Below, piece by piece: positions 58,395 to 64,000 of a stretch of DNA of 64,000 bases. The translations under genes and the position numbers were made by a program. The stretch is from Candidatus Latescibacterota bacterium (GTDB taxonomy: Bacteria > Latescibacterota > UBA2968 > UBA8231), in contig CBDETY010000003.1 of NCBI GenBank assembly GCA_965243025.1, positions 6,560,001-6,624,000 of the forward strand, read 5' to 3'. The notes under the pieces are model-generated. The model saw only the letters and a program-made list of their open reading frames with translations, did no database searches and was not told the DNA's origin. How positions within the stretch are numbered: the stretch's first letter is position 1; every line of letters begins with the position of its first letter.

Positions 58395-58793
58395 CTAATC
58401 CTCCTTGACGATCAGTCCTACCAGGAGGCCGGCGGCGATGAATTCGACCAGGGTTCCGAGGAACCAGCCCAGGGCCAGGGCGTAGGGCAGGGGCATGACG
58501 GCGTAGGTGCCGTACCCCATGCCGACGCCCCACGCCAGGCCGAAGAAGAAGCCGTACCTGAGCCCGGTTCCCAGGTTCTTCTCAGCGAAAAAGCGGGCGT
58601 ACACGTAGACGAAGACGACCGCGGAAATCGCCGTCGCCAGGTGTATGAGGGAGAACTTCATCTCTTCCCGGGGACGCCAGAGGTTCGCCGTCGAGGCGTA
58701 GGCATCCATGAGGATGAGATTGTGGATGATGAAGTCGAGCACGGTCCAGGCCGCGAACACGGAGACCATGGCGATCAGGGCGCGTTTGTCCAT
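58395..58793 (-). CDS. Small 4-TM membrane protein
   Basis: Four hydrophobic helices; GLRYGFFFG. Confidence 0.75.
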   Translation of the reverse strand: MDKRALIAMVSVFAAWTVLDFIIHNLILMDAYASTANLWRPREEMKFSLIHLATAISAVVFVYVYARFFAEKNLGTGLRYGFFFGLAWGVGMGYGTYAVMPLPYALALGWFLGTLVEFIAAGLLVGLIVKED

Positions 58794-58988
58794 CCTGCTT
58801 TCTTCCTCCTGGTGAGAGTGCCGTCCAGTTCCCGGTCAGCCTGCCGGCCCCCCCGAGCCGATCGGTCGGACCGAAGGTAGGGGATCGGAAAAGCAGCGGA
58901 CAGCGGGAGCGCGTTGAGATCGCCAACTGCCTGGGATATATTCGGCGCCCTCGTGAAACAGCCCGCCTTGCACATCCCGCAATCGAAA

Positions 58989-60137
58989 ATGCTGCTGTTC
59001 CTGCTCGTCTGGGCCGCTGCTTCCGCCTGGGGCCAGGAGCCGGAGCCGATCCGGATCGGGGCGCTCTACCCGACCTCGGGCAGCGCCGCGGTGTTCGGCT
59101 CGCCGGCCCTGGCAGGCCACGAGATGGCCGTGGAGGAGATCAACGCGGCCGGGGGAGTGCTCGGCCGCCGGCTCGAAACCGAGGCTCGCGACACCAAGCT
59201 GAAGCCGGCGTCGGCGGTGGCCGCGGCCAAGGAGCTCATCACCAAGGAAGGGGTCGTCATTCTCCTCGGTTCCCTGAGCTCGGCCGTCGGGCTGGCCCTG
59301 GCCGAGGTCGCCCGCCGGGAGAAGGTGATCTTCGTCGCCACCATCGCCAAGACCATCCAGCTGTCGACCACGAGGAAGCACGACTACGTCTTCCGCACCG
59401 CGGCCAACACCGACAGCGAGGGGCGCGGCATCGCCCGCGTGCTAGGCATGGTGGGAGCCCGGCGTGTCTGTCACCTGCAGTTCGACTACGCCTACGGCCA
59501 CGACCTCGGGGACGGGGTCAAAAAGGCGCTTCCGACGGAAGCTCCCGGCGCCGACATCGTCCTCGATCTCAAGATCAAGCTGGGGACCACCGACTTCAAT
59601 TCCTACATCGCCCAGGTGATCGGTTCCGGGTGCGACTGCGTCGCCAGCGGGCTGTGGGGGTCGGCATTCATCAACATCGCGCAGCAGGGCAGGCCGTTCG
59701 GACTGTTCGAGCAGGTGAAGTACGTGTCGGGCGGCGAGATCGCCTCCCCGGAGATCGCCGCCGAGCTGAAAGGAGGCTATCCCGACAACGTCTGGAGCAA
59801 CGCCTACGAGCTGTGGTACCACCACAACTCGCCCCTGCACGAGCCCTACCAGCGCAAGCTCGCCGAGCGCTTCGGCACCCCGCACACACCGAGCTGGCCC
59901 GCTCTCGGGTACGTCGGCGTCCAGTTCGCCGCCGCGGCCATCGAAAAGGCGGGCTCGACCGATGCCGACGCTCTGTCGGCGGCGTTCAAGGGGCTCGCCA
60001 TCGATACGCCGGTGGGACCCCGCCGCATCGATCCGGAGACCCACCAGGCCGACACCGGGCAGTTCTGGGGCCCGATGAAGAAATCGGAGCACGGTTTCCG
60101 GATGATGGACCCGGTCACCTACATCCCGGGCGACTGA
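58989..60137 (+). CDS. Branched-chain amino acid (LIV)-type ABC substrate-binding protein
   Basis: IRIGALYPTSG, EEINAAGGVLGR, FRT and DYAYGHD motifs. The start may be slightly upstream. Confidence 0.9.
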   Translation: MLLFLLVWAAASAWGQEPEPIRIGALYPTSGSAAVFGSPALAGHEMAVEEINAAGGVLGRRLETEARDTKLKPASAVAAAKELITKEGVVILLGSLSSAVGLALAEVARREKVIFVATIAKTIQLSTTRKHDYVFRTAANTDSEGRGIARVLGMVGARRVCHLQFDYAYGHDLGDGVKKALPTEAPGADIVLDLKIKLGTTDFNSYIAQVIGSGCDCVASGLWGSAFINIAQQGRPFGLFEQVKYVSGGEIASPEIAAELKGGYPDNVWSNAYELWYHHNSPLHEPYQRKLAERFGTPHTPSWPALGYVGVQFAAAAIEKAGSTDADALSAAFKGLAIDTPVGPRRIDPETHQADTGQFWGPMKKSEHGFRMMDPVTYIPGD

Positions 60138-60154
60138 CCGCGATAGCTGCCGGG

Positions 60155-61048
60155 ATGCTGTTCAACCCCGCCTTCCTGCTGATCCAGCTCCTCAACTCCC
60201 TGTCCCTGGGGATGAACCTGTTCATCATCGCCTCGGGACTGTCGCTGATCTTCGGGGTGCTGCGGATCGTCAACTTCGCCCACGGCGCCTTCTTCATGGT
60301 CGGGGCCTACGCCTGCTACGCGGTAGTCGCGCAGACCGCCTCGACCCCGGGGGCCTTCTGGATCGGGGTCGCCGCGGCGGCCGCCCTGCTGGCGCTGCTG
60401 GCGGTTGCCATCGAACGCCTGCTGCTGCGCCATCTCTACGGCCGCGAGCCGCTGATGCAGCTGCTGTTCACCTTCGCCCTCGTGCTGCTGGCCGGCGACG
60501 CCGTAAAGATGATCTGGGGCCCCGACCAGCACAGCGTGCCGTATCCGCCAGGCCTGGACGGGGCCGTAAACCTCGGCATCACCCGCTATCCGTCGTACCT
60601 GCTCTTCCTGTGCGCCGCGGGGCCTGTGGTGGCGGCGATGCTGTGGCTGCTGGTCGAGCGCAGCCCCTGGGGCCGGCTGATCAAGGCGGCGGCGCACGAC
60701 CGCGAAATGCTGTCGGCTCTCGGGGTCAACGTTCCCCTCGTTTACACCCTGGTGTTCGCCGCCGGCTCGGCGCTGGCCGGAATCGGCGGCGCCCTCGCCG
60801 CCCCCCGGATCGCCGTCGCCCCGGGCATGGATGCGACCCTGATCGTCGAGTGCTTCATCATCGTCATCATCGGCGGACTGGGGTCGCTCAGGGGCAGCTT
60901 CATCGGCGCCCTCGTCCTCGGTTTCGTCATCACCTTCGGGTCCGTGGTCGCCCCCGAGGTCGAGCTGGTTCTCCCGTACGTGCTGATGCTGGGGATCCTG
61001 CTGTGGCGGCCGTACGGGCTCTTCGGCAGGCCGGAGGAAGCCAAATGA
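60155..61048 (+). CDS. livH: LIV-type ABC permease
   Basis: GLSLIFGVLRIVNFAHG and IIGGLGS motifs. Confidence 0.88.
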   Translation: MLFNPAFLLIQLLNSLSLGMNLFIIASGLSLIFGVLRIVNFAHGAFFMVGAYACYAVVAQTASTPGAFWIGVAAAAALLALLAVAIERLLLRHLYGREPLMQLLFTFALVLLAGDAVKMIWGPDQHSVPYPPGLDGAVNLGITRYPSYLLFLCAAGPVVAAMLWLLVERSPWGRLIKAAAHDREMLSALGVNVPLVYTLVFAAGSALAGIGGALAAPRIAVAPGMDATLIVECFIIVIIGGLGSLRGSFIGALVLGFVITFGSVVAPEVELVLPYVLMLGILLWRPYGLFGRPEEAK

Positions 61049-61959
61049 GGCCTGCACACCTGCTAGCCGCGGGGGCGCTGGTTCTCGCCGGCGTTCCCCT
61101 GACCGGGTCGGACTACCTGGTCGACCTGACGACGGAAATCGCCATTTACGTCCTCTTCGCCACCAGCCTCAACGTTCTCGTGGGGTACGCCGGCAACGTC
61201 TCCTTCGGCCACGCCGCCTACTTCGCCATCGGCGGGTACGGCTGCGCCATCCTTCTGACCACCTGTGACTGGCCCCTCTACGCCAGCCTCCCGGCCGCGG
61301 TTCTGTTCAGCGCCGTGTGCGCCGCGGCGGTCGGTTTCTTCTGCGTGCGGCTCACAGACATCTACTTCGCCATGCTGACCCTGGCCTTCGCCATGCTGGT
61401 CTGGTCGGTCGCCTTCAAGTGGCGCTCGCTGACCGGGGGGGACGACGGCTTCGTCGGGGTCACCCTGCCGCAGGCGCTGACCTCGCGGGCGCTCTTCTAC
61501 TACTTCTGCCAGGCTCTGGTCTGGGGATCGGTCGCCGCCCTGTGGCGGATCTGCCGCTCGCCCTTCGGGAGGGTGCTGACGGCGATCCGGGAGAACCCCG
61601 GCCGCGCGGAGTTCCTCGGCGTCGACACCCGCCTGATGAGATGGGCGGCCTTCGTCGTGGCCGGGACCTTCGCCGGCCTGGCCGGCGCCCTGTTCGCCAT
61701 GTACAACCGCGGTGTGTACGTCGAATCGGCGTTCTGGCCGGAGTCGGCCCAGGTACTGATCATGGTGCTGCTCGGGGGCATGTACTCCTTCCTGGGCCCG
61801 GCGCTCGGGGCCGCGGTCCTCTACCTGCTCGAGCAGCTCGCCAACCAGGTCACCGAGTACTGGCCCGGGGTTCTGGGGGTCATTCTGATCGCCGTCGTGC
61901 TCGCCGCCCCCGAGGGGCTCGCCGGGCTGGCGCGCCGCTGGCGCCGCCGCGGAGACTGA
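61045..61959 (+). CDS. livM: LIV-type ABC permease
   Basis: GYAGNVSFGHAAYF, YFAMLTLAF, TGGDDG and SPFGRVLTAIREN motifs. Confidence 0.88.
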   Translation: MRPAHLLAAGALVLAGVPLTGSDYLVDLTTEIAIYVLFATSLNVLVGYAGNVSFGHAAYFAIGGYGCAILLTTCDWPLYASLPAAVLFSAVCAAAVGFFCVRLTDIYFAMLTLAFAMLVWSVAFKWRSLTGGDDGFVGVTLPQALTSRALFYYFCQALVWGSVAALWRICRSPFGRVLTAIRENPGRAEFLGVDTRLMRWAAFVVAGTFAGLAGALFAMYNRGVYVESAFWPESAQVLIMVLLGGMYSFLGPALGAAVLYLLEQLANQVTEYWPGVLGVILIAVVLAAPEGLAGLARRWRRRGD

Positions 61960-61963
61960 AGCG

Positions 61964-62713
61964 GTGCTCGAGATCGAGAACCTCAACAAGAGCTTCGACG
62001 GCTTCACCGCGGTCGGGGAGGTCAGCCTGACGGTGGCGCGGGGGGAAACGCACGCCGTCATCGGACCCAACGGCGCCGGCAAGACGACGCTGTTCAACCT
62101 CGTCACCGGCCACCTGCAACCGGACCGGGGCAGGGTGAGTTTCTTCGGGCACCCCCTCACCGGGTTGCCCCCCCACGAGATCGTGCGCCTCGGCGTCGTC
62201 CGGTCGTTCCAGAGCATCAACATATTCCCGCGGCTGACGGTCGCCGCCAACGTCGAGGCCGCGGTGATCGCGCAGCAGGGCAGGCAGCTGCGCCTTTTCG
62301 GGAGCACGGGTAAAGCCTGGAGCCTTGCGAAGGAGCTGCTGTCGGTGGTGGGACTGGGGGGAGAAGGGGGGCGGGTCGCCGGCGAGCTCGCCTACGGACA
62401 GCAGAAGCAGCTCGAGCTGGCCCTCGCCCTCGCCCTGGAACCGCACATGCTGCTGCTCGACGAGCCGACGGCCGGCATGTCCGCGGAAGAGACGAGGCAG
62501 ACCATCGGGCTGATCAAGCGCATCGTCGAGGCGCGCGGGCTCAGCCTGCTGTTCACCGAGCACGACATGGAGGTGGTGTTCGGCATAGCCGACCGCATAT
62601 CCGTGCTGCACCACGGCGAGCTGATCGCCTCGGGAGAGCCGCAGGAGATCCGCGCCGACCCGAAGGTCAGGGCCGTGTACCTGGGAGAAGAGGAATGGCC
62701 CGGCTCGCAGTAA
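61964..62713 (+). CDS. livG: LIV-type ABC ATP-binding protein
   Basis: GPNGAGKTT, LAYGQQK, LLLDEP, EHDM and VRAVYLG motifs. Confidence 0.9.
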   Translation: MLEIENLNKSFDGFTAVGEVSLTVARGETHAVIGPNGAGKTTLFNLVTGHLQPDRGRVSFFGHPLTGLPPHEIVRLGVVRSFQSINIFPRLTVAANVEAAVIAQQGRQLRLFGSTGKAWSLAKELLSVVGLGGEGGRVAGELAYGQQKQLELALALALEPHMLLLDEPTAGMSAEETRQTIGLIKRIVEARGLSLLFTEHDMEVVFGIADRISVLHHGELIASGEPQEIRADPKVRAVYLGEEEWPGSQ

Positions 62714-63393
62714 CCGGTCTCCATGTCTCCTACGGCCTCAGCCGCGTCCTGTCCGGGGTGAGCTTCGAAGTCGGGGAGGGGGAGGTGGTGGGCCTGATGG
62801 GGCGCAACGGCGCCGGCAAGACCACGACCTTGCGCAGCATCATGGGCCTGACCCCCGCCCACCGCGGGCGGGTCGAGTGGAACGGCAGGGACGTCACCGC
62901 GGCCGCGACTCACAGGATCGCCCGCCTGGGGATCGGCTACGTGCCGGAGGAGCGGAGGATTTTCCCGGGACTGAGCCTGGAGGAGAACCTGCAGATCGCC
63001 AGAAGGCCCGGGAAAAAGCAGCGGGACCCGGATTCGGTGTACGAGCTGTTTCCCGATCTGCGCGACCTCGCCGGGCGGCCGGGCGGAGTTCTCAGCGGCG
63101 GGCAGCAGCAACTGCTGGCGATCGCCCGCAGCCTCGTCGGAAGCCCGAAGCTTCTGCTGCTCGACGAGCCGTCGGAGGGGTTGGCGCCGATGGTGGTCAG
63201 GTCGATTCAGGAGCAGCTCGCCAATCTGAGGGAGACCGGGCTTTCCATACTGCTGGCGGAGCAGAACCCGCAGTTCGCGCTCGCCCTGAGCGACCGGGTG
63301 CACGTGATGGAACGGGGCGAGATCCGCTATTCGGCGACAGCGGCGGAACTGAAGGAAGACGACTCCCGGTTGAGGGAGTACCTGGCGGTTTAG
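62695..63393 (+). CDS. livF: LIV-type ABC ATP-binding protein
   Basis: GRNGAGKTT, LSGGQQQ, LLLDEPSEGLAP and EQN motifs. Confidence 0.9.
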   Translation: MARLAVTGLHVSYGLSRVLSGVSFEVGEGEVVGLMGRNGAGKTTTLRSIMGLTPAHRGRVEWNGRDVTAAATHRIARLGIGYVPEERRIFPGLSLEENLQIARRPGKKQRDPDSVYELFPDLRDLAGRPGGVLSGGQQQLLAIARSLVGSPKLLLLDEPSEGLAPMVVRSIQEQLANLRETGLSILLAEQNPQFALALSDRVHVMERGEIRYSATAAELKEDDSRLREYLAV

Positions 63394-64000
63394 GGTTCGA
63401 GTGAGGCCTTGATGCGAGCCCACGAGACGGACTCCACGGCGCTCCCTGCCGATCCACCAACAGGAATGAGAAGCCCATCGGCGAACTGGTCCGGCCCCTG
63501 CTTGACCTCCCGGTTTAAAGGCGGGATAACGAAAACTCCCGTGTCGTTGCTGTCGATATCAAAGACAACCACTACCAGCCCGATTATCCCTTCGGGCCGC
63601 AATTCCGAGATCGCGGTTTCCTCCCTGCTTTCGGGAACCAGGCGGTCGAAAGGGGTGACGTACATCTCCGTCATCCAGACAAATGGGCTATCCCCATAGA
63701 TTGCCCCGCCCACGTCCGCGAAGGGGGGCTCGCTGAACCAGCAACATTCCTCCGGTGGAACTTCGGAAAGCATACTTACCGCGGGTTCTCTACCGTAGCT
63801 CAAGGGTCCGCCATCGAACAACTGGACACCCTGCCACAGGGTATCAAACCCTTCTTCTCCTTTTACGAAGGAAGTGAAAACTCCGCCGGAATGATCGCCG
63901 TCGATCTCCAACCTGACATAGCCGTCCGAAAACCCATCACCCAAGTCGACAAAATCATCGTCCACTCCTTCTGCAGCAATGTAGACCCGGTTGAGCCTTT
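63390..64000 (-). CDS. Paralog of 50668-51600 with C-terminal AVESVSWARIKA motif, 5' partial
   Basis: Frame is open to the right edge. Shares IDGDHSGG, PPFADVGGA and WMTEMYxTPFDRLVP with the paralog. Confidence 0.75.
   Translation of the reverse strand, partial: RLNRVYIAAEGVDDDFVDLGDGFSDGYVRLEIDGDHSGGVFTSFVKGEEGFDTLWQGVQLFDGGPLSYGREPAVSMLSEVPPEECCWFSEPPFADVGGAIYGDSPFVWMTEMYVTPFDRLVPESREETAISELRPEGIIGLVVVVFDIDSNDTGVFVIPPLNREVKQGPDQFADGLLIPVGGSAGSAVESVSWARIKASLEP

Overview
GC-rich bacterial chromosome segment. The gene content (sulfatase, PhyH dioxygenases, several UxuA-like dehydratases, DUF6785-type membrane proteins, secreted proteins ending in an AVExVxWxRIKA motif) suggests a Latescibacterota/Poribacteria-like lineage; this is inference only. 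Layout: (1) 1-20.4 kb is a sugar-acid/sulfate catabolic region containing many gene fragments (WD40, Zn-ADH, PQQ-type propeller, ribB, and an apparently inverted gene segment). (2) About 20.5-35.4 kb is a partly AT-richer defence island: an AAA+/DUF4143 ATPase-nuclease with a 23-bp-period repeat array upstream, an MNT-HEPN toxin-antitoxin pair, a convergent beta-class MTase/REase pair with GACGTC sites inside the MTase promoter, a DUF6361-PLD-SNF2 helicase operon whose helicase is split by an intact IS3 (4-bp target duplication CTTG), and a SAMHD1-like HD hydrolase fused to a PD-(D/E)xK-like domain with a small upstream partner gene. (3) 35.5-64 kb holds an ECF sigma/anti-sigma operon whose promoter motif recurs 22 kb away before a Spy/CpxP-like gene, the Hen1-Pnkp RNA repair pair, a heparinase-like secreted protein, an ATP-grasp-like gene, larE, def, tRNA-Asp, an RRM protein and a LIV-type ABC transporter. 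The best candidates for undescribed biology are the HD-nuclease module with its partner and linked helicase operon, the repeat array before the DUF4143 gene, the GACGTC-laden MTase promoter and the two-member ECF regulon. Family assignments come from motif recognition by eye, not from database searches.
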